DNA from: a virus
Virus record (IMG/VR): IMGVR_UViG_3300045988_158108
DNA length: 17,587 nucleotides
Strand: one strand, 5' to 3'
In this document: positions 1-7,307 of the stretch, in pieces
Numbering within the stretch: position 1 is the first letter of the stretch
How the letters are laid out: every line of letters starts with the position of its first letter
The notes under the pieces: generated by a model
The model's input: only the letters and a program-made list of their open reading frames with translations
What the model was told of the DNA's origin: nothing
Databases searched by the model: none
Made by a program: the position numbers and the translations under genes

Positions 1-15
1 GTGTATAAGAGACAG
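1..15. other. Tn5/Nextera mosaic-end adapter remnant (sequencing-library artifact, not phage DNA)
   Basis: gtgtataagagacag is the reverse complement of the 3' 15 nt of the 19-bp Tn5 mosaic end CTGTCTCTTATACACATCT. It sits immediately outside the ITR and is mirrored at the other contig end. Confidence 0.8.
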
Positions 16-79
16 GTACATTCCCTTTCTCAAAAATTTTTAGCCCCCCTAAAAAATATTTTTTAGCTAAATTTATTCG
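16..79. repeat. Left inverted terminal repeat (64 bp) of a linear genome. Presumed protein-primed replication origin.
   Basis: gtacattccctttctcaaaaatttttagcccccctaaaaaatattttttagctaaatttattcg is the perfect reverse complement of 17509..17572 (64/64). It contains the A5T5 palindrome aaaaattttt, a C6 run and a second A/T tract. Similarity continues imperfectly for ~20 nt inward, with one indel. Confidence 0.85.
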
Positions 80-88
80 AGAAAAGTA

Positions 89-117
89 TTGACAATCTGA
101 ATTTATTATTATACGAT
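89..117 (+). promoter_or_regulatory. Left-end early promoter, sigma-A-like
   Basis: -35 TTGACA (89..94), 17-nt spacer, -10 TACGAT (112..117), directly internal to the ITR. First gene follows with RBS AAGGAA. Confidence 0.4.
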
Positions 118-164
118 GGTCTTGTCGATAAGGACAAAACAAAAAACGAAAGAAGGAAATTATC

Positions 165-482
165 ATGTCAAAAGAAGAAAAAGTACAAACCGAGGAAGAA
201 TTAGAATTTTCACTGAAAGCAGATAGAGCGAATGCGTTTATGAGAAAATTGGATATTCCTTTTATTACTATCACATTTTCAGAAGATACGCACAATGTAT
301 CGGTGAATGCAAGCGAAAAACATTTTGCAATTGCAGTTGATAGTTTGCTAGAAGAAATCATCAATAATCTTGACCCACAAGAAGACATCATGAAAATCTT
401 GTTATTTATGGGAATGTTAAAAGGCAACATGGATAAATTAGATGCTTTATTACCTACATTAGGTGAAAGCGATGAAGATTAA
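165..482 (+). CDS. Early protein, 105 aa, net acidic with acidic C-terminal tail (GESDED). Position-equivalent to phi29 p6 DNA-binding protein. Alternatively a DNA-mimic or anti-host factor.
   Basis: ORF with RBS AAGGAA 6 nt upstream. First gene inward from the left ITR and promoter. No recognisable motifs. Confidence 0.55.
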   Translation: MSKEEKVQTEEELEFSLKADRANAFMRKLDIPFITITFSEDTHNVSVNASEKHFAIAVDSLLEEIINNLDPQEDIMKILLFMGMLKGNMDKLDALLPTLGESDED

Positions 483-578
483 GAACAAGCTTTCTAACTT
501 TCTATTTATTTCATTTTTACCATTATCATTAATCACTTACATTATTTTAGGTTTAATATACTAGGAGGAATTTCAATC

Positions 579-986
579 ATGGAAACATTAATTATTGCAG
601 GACAAATTACAGCAACATCAAACAGACAAGATGACAAGTTCAAACAAGAAGTACCAACGAAAACGGTGTACATCGCTTTCGATGAAGAAAACGGCAAGAA
701 ATTGGAAGATTTTGGCATTCACACTTACACATCCAAAAACAAGGAACGCTTTGCAATTGTAAAGGCGCCTGCAAGTGGAATCTCAATTTGGAACAATGGC
801 AAAAATCTTGGCAAAATGGATTGTTCAATTGAAGCAAAAAATTTCAAAACTGTTGACGGTTTGCCTGTCGGTCTTGCGTTCGTGAAAGGTGACAAACTAG
901 GAAACGACTTCTACCGCATTACTGATATTAATGTAGGTCAAGAAACGGACATCGAGTATCTTGAAAAAGAAAATCCTTTCATTTAA
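579..986 (+). CDS. Early protein, 135 aa. Candidate abundant ssDNA-binding protein, by synteny with phi29 p5.
   Basis: Strong RBS AGGAGG 8 nt upstream of the ATG. An intrinsic terminator follows immediately. N-terminus LIIAGQITATSNRQDD loosely resembles the OB-fold SSB start. Confidence 0.6.
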   Translation: METLIIAGQITATSNRQDDKFKQEVPTKTVYIAFDEENGKKLEDFGIHTYTSKNKERFAIVKAPASGISIWNNGKNLGKMDCSIEAKNFKTVDGLPVGLAFVKGDKLGNDFYRITDINVGQETDIEYLEKENPFI

Positions 987-998
987 TATTTAATAAAT

Positions 999-1034
999 GG
1001 GTAGAACTTTCACGGTTCTGCCCTTTTTATTTTT
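999..1034 (+). terminator. Intrinsic terminator or attenuator inside the left early operon
   Basis: 9-bp stem gggtagaac / gttctgccc (one G-U pair), 7-nt loop, followed by tttttatttt. Confidence 0.5.
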
Positions 1035-1046
1035 GGAGGAATAGAA

Positions 1047-1478
1047 ATGGCAAATTATACACTATCACACGAAATCTCTTTTGACCCGAATTTATCGGAT
1101 AGTTTGAAAGATGATGTAGTGCAAACCATCCAATTTTTTGGAAACATGTTTCAATGGACACCGAAAAAATTAGAAGATTTTTGCCCTGATAATATGGGTT
1201 GGGCAATGGCTCGCTCAATTGCCTATGGAAAATATCATAGTGCATTATCTAATTATAAACAGTATTATGATAAACCATCGGAAAATAATGAAGCACAATC
1301 AGACATGCACATTGCAGGAATGACGGAATTTATTTCAGAAATTTCTAAATCGAAAAACTTTCAGGACTTCACAAAAAACGTTAATAGGATGATACAAGCC
1401 ATCCAAAAAGCTGAGGGGCGTTACAACGTTGTATGGTATGCTTACATGGATGAAGGAACCAAGGCACCTTGGCAATAA
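1047..1478 (+). CDS. Hypothetical early protein, 143 aa. Position-equivalent to phi29 p4; function unknown.
   Basis: ORF with RBS GGAGG 7 nt upstream. No recognisable motifs. Confidence 0.6.
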   Translation: MANYTLSHEISFDPNLSDSLKDDVVQTIQFFGNMFQWTPKKLEDFCPDNMGWAMARSIAYGKYHSALSNYKQYYDKPSENNEAQSDMHIAGMTEFISEISKSKNFQDFTKNVNRMIQAIQKAEGRYNVVWYAYMDEGTKAPWQ

Positions 1479-1516
1479 TGAATCATTAGAAAGCACGACT
1501 ATTTCAAGAATAGGAC

Positions 1517-2782
1517 GTGTTAAAAATGTTTAAGAAAAAGAAATCACAAGAAGAAATCAACGAGGAAAATTTCAAGAAATGGCTAGAAGAATACCGTGAA
1601 TGTATTCCTCCTGATTATAATAAAATTAAATTAATGGATGATTTTACGAATCCAGATTATGACTGGTTTATTTCTATTTCTAATCGTTCCGATGGAAAAA
1701 GTTTCAACTATATTGGCTTTTTAATCTATTTTGCCCACAAGTCAGGTGTACCGTTTTTAATGGTCTGCCGTCACTGGACGATACAAAATGCTTATATCGA
1801 ATTAATTTATCAGATTTGCGATGAAGTATCTTGTTTTGACCCTTCTTTATTGGTAATTAAATCATCGGATGATTATAAGCTTGTTATTTATGACAAGGTC
1901 ACTGTCTGCATGATAACAGATTTTAATAACGCATCCGATTTGAAGTATTCTTCTTCACTTTTGAAAAAATTTACAATTGCTGTTTATGATGAATTTTTAG
2001 CGTTGAAAAATGACTACTTACCAGACGAATGGGAACGCTTTAAAACAATTATGGATGGTGTTGACCGTAACCATAAGGACTTGCCTTATATCCACACACC
2101 ACGAGCATTATTAATGGGAAATGCGGTCAATTTTGATAGCCCCTTTATTGCACACTTGAAATTGTTCAATAAGCTAGAAACGCAACCTATAAACTCTAAA
2201 CGATATTATGACAAGGGAAAATTTAAGGTTATCATGGAAATTAATCGAAATGATAACGTGAAAGAGAAACGTAATTCAAGAATGTTTGGTGCAGAAGATG
2301 ACCCGATGGAAACCGCACAATTTAAAATAAATAGCACATTCATTATTGATGATGATGATTTGCAAGCCGTGAAAGCTCGTGCAAAATTTTTCTACATCAA
2401 AACACATGAAAACATGTTAAAAGTATTGTACAATCGAGAAAAAGGGTATATAGTGTTATCTGTAGAAGTTGACAGTGGTCAAGATTATGATTTTTGTACG
2501 GAAACAAGTGACATAAAAAAAGGCGTTCGCTTCATGAATGAATTTTTCTATGATGATGAACATCATAAGAAATACACAAAAGGTCTTTTCTTGTTTGAAA
2601 ATTCATATTCAAAAAATACCATCGTTGACGATCCACAATATTCTAGTATTAAGATACACAAGTGTATTAAAATTCATGACTTGGAACATCGTGACCCGAT
2701 GCCGTTTCGTGAAATAGTCTATCAAGAAAATACGGTGGCAGATATTAAAAGAAATCTGTTTCGTAAATTCATGCAAGGATGA
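1517..2782 (+). CDS. DNA encapsidation (packaging) ATPase, phi29 gp16-like, 421 aa
   Basis: Degenerate Walker A SNRSDGKS. Walker B hhhhDE (TIAVYDEF). Downstream GNAVNFDSPF recalls gp16 SNAVSVVNPYF. Sits directly upstream of the polymerase with an ATGA overlap. That arrangement is typical of 44AHJD/P68-like and Clostridium podophages. Confidence 0.6.
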   Translation: MLKMFKKKKSQEEINEENFKKWLEEYRECIPPDYNKIKLMDDFTNPDYDWFISISNRSDGKSFNYIGFLIYFAHKSGVPFLMVCRHWTIQNAYIELIYQICDEVSCFDPSLLVIKSSDDYKLVIYDKVTVCMITDFNNASDLKYSSSLLKKFTIAVYDEFLALKNDYLPDEWERFKTIMDGVDRNHKDLPYIHTPRALLMGNAVNFDSPFIAHLKLFNKLETQPINSKRYYDKGKFKVIMEINRNDNVKEKRNSRMFGAEDDPMETAQFKINSTFIIDDDDLQAVKARAKFFYIKTHENMLKVLYNREKGYIVLSVEVDSGQDYDFCTETSDIKKGVRFMNEFFYDDEHHKKYTKGLFLFENSYSKNTIVDDPQYSSIKIHKCIKIHDLEHRDPMPFREIVYQENTVADIKRNLFRKFMQG

Positions 2783-5187
2783 TTAAAATGTTAAGAGAAA
2801 ATGAGGAACTCGCACTATATATAAACCGTTGTCGCAGGTTGCGAAAAGAAAAGAAAATTGTTCTTTTTTGGGATATTGAAACATTGCTTTATAATATCAG
2901 TCAAGCTAAAAAAAGTGGCAAACCTACCGATTATAAAAACATCTCTTTTTCTTGGTGTGTCGGATGGATAAGCGATGAAGAACCGAACAAAATTGAAACC
3001 ACACTCTTTTCTACTGTTAAGGAATTTTTTGAGTGTGTGGCAAGCGGTTATGTCACACCACCGAGATATTCAAAAAAAGGCTATCAAGACATGACCATAG
3101 AATTGATAGCACATAATAATAACCGTTACGATAACCATTTTTTACGACGTGAATTAATGTATTTGTTCCCTTTTATGCAAGAGGGAAATATGTATGTGCG
3201 TAACGCAAAAGAAAATATTTATACGTATACGCAAAAAGATATTACACCCGAAATGCGTGAGGGTTTCATTTTGTCTAAGCGTATAAAATCATCGAATAAT
3301 TTAGATATGGAAATTTATTTCAAGGGTATTCGCTTTAAAACAGTTGATAATTGGATGAAAACGAACTGCTCTATTAAAACAATAGGCAAGAAGTTGCATG
3401 CAAAAGGCTTCATACCTGAAAGCATGTTAAAAACGGAATTTGACTATCAAAAATATGATAGAACCGAAAATCTTTCAGATAGAGAAGCTTTCGAGTATGC
3501 AAAATCAATTTTGCCTAAGTTAGATAAGAAACAACTCACGTATATCGAAAATGATGTATTAATTTTAGGCTATGGCTATATTTATTATTCAGAAATATTT
3601 TACGGCTTTAGCTATGATGCCATTACTTTTTCTAAAAATGTATTGGACTATTACAACGACAATATCATGGCAGGCTTTCAATTATTAAACAATTTTCCAT
3701 TAGAAACGGATAGCAAGAAACAGAAAATAAAATATACAGATTATCAGTTTCATGGCATGAATTTATATGACTTCTTTAAACAATTTTATCGGGGCGGTTT
3801 GAATTTTTATAATGATAAATATGTGGGCAAACTGCTAGAAGAATCTTGTTTTTCTATGGATAGAAACTCTAGTTATCCTGATGTAATGTATCATGACTTA
3901 GTACCCACATTTCTTTCCTCGTTTACACATTATGAAAAACCTAAGAAAATTGTTTTGCCCCTTTATCAAAAGGAAAAATATCATTTGTTTACGGTTCCGA
4001 AAGCTCGTTTCAATTTAGAAGTCTTATATAAGATTAAATCTAAAATCGTTCGGCAAATGTTAACAAAATACTATAATGGCAATGATGAAGTCTGTATAAA
4101 TACTTATACCATCCGTCTAATTCAAGAAGTTGGGCAATTAGACTTGAAAGAATTGACAGTGACAAGCGTTGTTGAGTATGATTGCATTCCTTTTGCAAGT
4201 CGGGAACATTTAGCCGAAAACTATTTTATCAAAACACAAGGTAAACTTGATAAAAAAATAATCATGAATACACCATCCGATTATATTTTGACAGATGAAG
4301 AAAACACCGAAACTTATTCAGCAGAAGAAATTTATATTTCTAAAACGCTTATGAATGGCTTGTATGGTGTACCAGCACTTCGAGCCTATTTCAATATCTT
4401 TCGTTTATTGCCCGATGGCGAATTAGAAAATCAGATTAATGGATACGAAAATACGCCACGAAATATCTTGTTTTCAGTTTGGACGACTTCTGTTGCTGTT
4501 TATAAATTGTTATTGCCATTGTCTTATTTAACACCTGAAGAAATTGACGAAAACTTTTTATACTGTGATACGGACAGTCTATATCTAAAAAGCAAGATAA
4601 AAGACAAGATGCCAGAAAAATTATTTGACCCAATTGCCTTAGGGGCTTGGGATATAGAAAACAATGACATCACTCATTTTTATATCTTGAATCACAAGAA
4701 ATATGCCTATTATTCAAAAGACATAAAAGATGGTCAAGAAAAAGGGATTGCAGTTCACTGCGGAGGTATTCCACTAGAAAGCTTTAATACAGATATGTCC
4801 TTTAGTGAGTTTATCGAAACGCAATTTCATGCAGGAATCGTGGTAGAAAATCAAAAATCAATCGTGAATAACATGGGAACAGTATCCATCTATCCAAGTA
4901 AAACGAAAATTGTCGCAGGTTCGCCTTATGCTGAAAATATGAGTGTTGGCATCGATGAAGAACGAAAATCAATAATTAAAGAAATCAATGAATCTGAAAT
5001 TGATTGGACGGATGACTATTTATATATCGAAACAAGCGTAGGGGCATTTAGCTTTCAAGATTTGCATCCTGTTATTCATCCGAAACACTATAAAGCGCCA
5101 TTGGACTTCTTAAAACGCAAACACGACCAAATGAAACAATGGTATCAAAATTCTATTGACAATCAAGAAATAGCAACCTATAATTAA
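2779..5187 (+). CDS. Protein-primed family B DNA polymerase, 802 aa. The alternative start at 2788 has a better-spaced RBS.
   Basis: ExoI FWDIET. ExoII HNNNRYDNHF. ExoIII YIENDV. Motif A DRNSSYPDVM. Motif B KTLMNGLYG. Motif C YCDTDS. KxY motif HKKYAYY. Associated with an ITR-bearing linear genome. Confidence 0.9.
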   Translation: MIKMLRENEELALYINRCRRLRKEKKIVLFWDIETLLYNISQAKKSGKPTDYKNISFSWCVGWISDEEPNKIETTLFSTVKEFFECVASGYVTPPRYSKKGYQDMTIELIAHNNNRYDNHFLRRELMYLFPFMQEGNMYVRNAKENIYTYTQKDITPEMREGFILSKRIKSSNNLDMEIYFKGIRFKTVDNWMKTNCSIKTIGKKLHAKGFIPESMLKTEFDYQKYDRTENLSDREAFEYAKSILPKLDKKQLTYIENDVLILGYGYIYYSEIFYGFSYDAITFSKNVLDYYNDNIMAGFQLLNNFPLETDSKKQKIKYTDYQFHGMNLYDFFKQFYRGGLNFYNDKYVGKLLEESCFSMDRNSSYPDVMYHDLVPTFLSSFTHYEKPKKIVLPLYQKEKYHLFTVPKARFNLEVLYKIKSKIVRQMLTKYYNGNDEVCINTYTIRLIQEVGQLDLKELTVTSVVEYDCIPFASREHLAENYFIKTQGKLDKKIIMNTPSDYILTDEENTETYSAEEIYISKTLMNGLYGVPALRAYFNIFRLLPDGELENQINGYENTPRNILFSVWTTSVAVYKLLLPLSYLTPEEIDENFLYCDTDSLYLKSKIKDKMPEKLFDPIALGAWDIENNDITHFYILNHKKYAYYSKDIKDGQEKGIAVHCGGIPLESFNTDMSFSEFIETQFHAGIVVENQKSIVNNMGTVSIYPSKTKIVAGSPYAENMSVGIDEERKSIIKEINESEIDWTDDYLYIETSVGAFSFQDLHPVIHPKHYKAPLDFLKRKHDQMKQWYQNSIDNQEIATYN

Positions 5188-5217
5188 TAATATAAAATAA
5201 GAAAGAGGGAAATTGAA

Positions 5218-5421
5218 ATGAATGAAAGTATAGAAAATATTAACGGTCGATTAGACGAATTAGAGGAACTTGCTAAATATATTGAATCGCATGACGTTGA
5301 TAAACAAGGTATATTAATGTATATCGCATTTAGAGCTATTACTTTAGGAATGGGTATGGATATAACACTAAATGAAATGACTGGTAAATTAGAAAAGAAA
5401 GAAAGTGATAACCATGAGTAA
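5218..5421 (+). CDS. Hypothetical protein, 67 aa
   Basis: ORF with RBS AGAGGGAAA upstream. No motifs. Confidence 0.45.
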   Translation: MNESIENINGRLDELEELAKYIESHDVDKQGILMYIAFRAITLGMGMDITLNEMTGKLEKKESDNHE

Positions 5422-5797
5422 AATTTTTCCGATTAAATCAGGTATGAAAAAATGTCCTTCCTATGATGAATTTATGCGGGCGGATGATATAAGCTTGAAA
5501 ACCACCCAAGAAATTGATAAGTACATGATGCTAGAAAGAATGAGTACACGTCTACTAAACGACCCTGAATTAAAACCCGATGAACGATTGCAGGCGAAAA
5601 TAAATGCGGAACGTTTTCTAAATAAACGGATGGAATTAGTGGAAGAATATGACATTTTGACTATCTATATTAAGTCCACTTACCACCGATTGTGCGAGGA
5701 ATTAGAACTTTATCGGTCTGATTTTAAAGCATTTAACGAGCAAAACGCATCGGCAAAATATCGAAAAAAACCACAAAAAACCCACGAACCTTTATAA
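5405..5797 (+). CDS. Hypothetical protein, 130 aa with a basic C-terminus. Possible regulator or DNA-binding protein. Alternative start at 5414.
   Basis: ORF overlapping the previous gene. Purine-rich RBS. The stop codon lies in the loop of the bidirectional terminator. Confidence 0.5.
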   Translation: MITMSKIFPIKSGMKKCPSYDEFMRADDISLKTTQEIDKYMMLERMSTRLLNDPELKPDERLQAKINAERFLNKRMELVEEYDILTIYIKSTYHRLCEELELYRSDFKAFNEQNASAKYRKKPQKTHEPL

Positions 5798-5812
5798 TTC
5801 GTGGGTTTTTTT
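5775..5812. terminator. Bidirectional intrinsic terminator at the convergence of the plus and minus transcription units
   Basis: aaaaaa cccacgaa cctttataa ttcgtggg ttttttt: 8-bp GC-rich stem flanked by an A-run and a T-run, so it functions on both strands. Confidence 0.65.
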
Positions 5813-5913
5813 ATCATGTAAAGAAGGAAATGAGGGAATCAAAAGAAAGCACTGTTAAGGAGGTAGCATCCTTGCTACACGTTTAATATATCATTATCGG
5901 TTTTCACAGTCAA

Positions 5914-6786
5914 CTAAACGAATAACAATTTTTCTTTGCTTTCTGTAAACAGCCAGATAAATTCTTCTGGTAGTTGTACGTGACTTAATGTAAAACCTTT
6001 ATAAGGTGTTTGTTCCTGCACCACACCAACGCTAGCAATTTGAAAATTGAAATAATCACCTACGCTTAAAACTTGGTTCGGTGTTTTTTCACCAGTTGCA
6101 GGACTTACCTTATCAATCACCGAAACAGGAATACCGTTTTCCGTCCAGTTAAAATCTACCTTATGCAAATCTTGACAATACACTTGCCATAAACCGTTGA
6201 CATATTCTAAGCCATCCACACGGTAATTTCTGCGTACTTTTCCGTTTGGTTTTGGCGGTTGGGGCGTTGGTTTGTTCCCTCCTGCCAGTTCTTTGGCACG
6301 TGCCACTAATTTATCCACGTTGATGCCCCCAGGACACGCTGTAGCGGTTATTTCATTGTGTCCTAAGATATGCCCTCTATCGATTGGAATGCCGTAGCGT
6401 TTGCAAATATCCACGATAAGGCGTGCGCTATTTTCAAGTGTTTCTTTTGCTACTGCCCAATCAGGGACACCAGTGCTGTTCACATGCTCTAGTCCGATAC
6501 TACGTTGATTGATGTTTGCAATTTTTGGTACATCCGTTCCACCTGTTCCGCCTGCATGATAAGCGCAATAGTTTTCGCCAACGCATCCGATAATCTCATT
6601 CGGCGTAATTTCATAATGTGCGCTCGTCCAATTGCCACTTGATATATTCCATGTGTTCATAGCGACATCTTTATTTGTGGTTGCATTATGATGGATAACG
6701 ATGAACTCAATTTTTCCAGTTCGTGGCTCGCAGAACATTGGATTAGGGTTTTTAGAAGTAATTAAATTTGAATAGGTTTCGCTCAT
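5914..6786 (-). CDS. Endolysin, 290 aa. N-acetylmuramoyl-L-alanine amidase (Amidase_2/PGRP), Pro-rich linker, then a C-terminal ~90-aa putative SH3-like cell-wall-binding domain.
   Basis: Amidase_2 signatures: FIVIHHNATTN, AHYEI, CAYHAG, SIGLEHV. Linker PTPQPPKPNG. RBS GGGAGG. ATGA overlap with the holin stop codon. Confidence 0.85.
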   Translation of the reverse strand: MSETYSNLITSKNPNPMFCEPRTGKIEFIVIHHNATTNKDVAMNTWNISSGNWTSAHYEITPNEIIGCVGENYCAYHAGGTGGTDVPKIANINQRSIGLEHVNSTGVPDWAVAKETLENSARLIVDICKRYGIPIDRGHILGHNEITATACPGGINVDKLVARAKELAGGNKPTPQPPKPNGKVRRNYRVDGLEYVNGLWQVYCQDLHKVDFNWTENGIPVSVIDKVSPATGEKTPNQVLSVGDYFNFQIASVGVVQEQTPYKGFTLSHVQLPEEFIWLFTESKEKLLFV

Positions 6787-7172
6787 TTTTTTGTTCCTCC
6801 CTTAGGGTCGTTGTCGTAGTCTTGTTGTACTTTCACAAGTATTTCTTTTAACCATTTAGGAACAATAATATTCATTTGTCCTAAATTTTCAAGAATTGAA
6901 ATACCATAGCTGGTTGCAAAAAAGATAATTAAGCCATTCGATATAAAATCTAATTTCATAATATGACCGAAAATAGAAACGGCACATATCATCATCACGA
7001 TGGCTGAATGTTTTAATACGCCTTGTAATGCCGTTGTGGAATTAGGTGTTTTTGTATAGAAAGCTTTCATCAATCCTGTGGCTAAGTCCATAAATACTAA
7101 TGTCATGATTATCCAAAAAAAGGTGTTTTGTGCCGTCCAGTGGCACGCTTCTATAAATAATTTAAAGGTCAT
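6783..7172 (-). CDS. Holin, class I with three predicted TM helices, phage_holin_4-like. The six-frame ORF extends to a TTG at 7202; the ATG at 7172 has an RBS.
   Basis: Three hydrophobic segments: FFWIIMTLVFMDLATGLM, SAIVMMICAVSIFGHIM, GLIIFFATSYGISIL. Charged C-terminus DYDNDPKGGTKK. Sits immediately upstream of the endolysin with a 4-nt overlap. Confidence 0.75.
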   Translation of the reverse strand: MTFKLFIEACHWTAQNTFFWIIMTLVFMDLATGLMKAFYTKTPNSTTALQGVLKHSAIVMMICAVSIFGHIMKLDFISNGLIIFFATSYGISILENLGQMNIIVPKWLKEILVKVQQDYDNDPKGGTKK

Positions 7173-7240
7173 TTTCACTGCCTTAGTCCTTTCTGGTATC
7201 AACTATACCAATTCAATAAGTTTCACTGATAGCAAGGCTT

Positions 7241-7307
7241 TAGCCTCCCCCCTCTTTAGTACCAATTGAAAAAAGAGGAGGTACCTTCGGTAGGGTAGGG
7301 GAGGTTA
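7241..7307 (-). promoter_or_regulatory. GC-rich structured intergenic element between the tail hydrolase and the holin. Mutually complementary C-rich, purine-rich and G-rich segments.
   Basis: cctcccccctcttt (7244..7257), aaagaggagg (7272..7281) and ggtagggtaggggagg (7289..7304) in an otherwise AT-rich genome. The late mRNA would carry CCUCC anti-SD-like tracts and a G-rich partner. Confidence 0.3.

Noticed and set aside
483-578. Possible promoter in the 96-nt gap before gene 2 (-10-like TATACT at 558..563)
   Set aside because: There is no acceptable -35 hexamer. The predicted start would fall inside the AGGAGG RBS. Gene 2 is more likely co-transcribed with gene 1.
1517-2782. ORF immediately upstream of the polymerase as the terminal protein, the canonical phi29/tectivirus position
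   Set aside because: It contains a GKS P-loop, a hhhhDE Walker B and a gp16-like segment, and is too large (421 aa). It is better explained as the encapsidation ATPase.
5798-5913. Phi29-type packaging RNA (pRNA) or another small RNA gene in the largest non-coding gaps
   Set aside because: Each gap is about 100 nt or less and is already occupied by terminators, promoters or RBSs. Only a small 6-bp hairpin (gtagca/tgctac) is present, and nothing resembles the ~120-nt multi-helix pRNA. This cannot be excluded without covariance-model searching.
7258-7290. Intrinsic terminator between the tail lysin and the holin on the minus strand
   Set aside because: Hairpins are possible (cctcttt/aaagagg and the aggtacct palindrome), but none is followed by a U-run on the minus strand. 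The region is treated as a structured regulatory element and not as a terminator.
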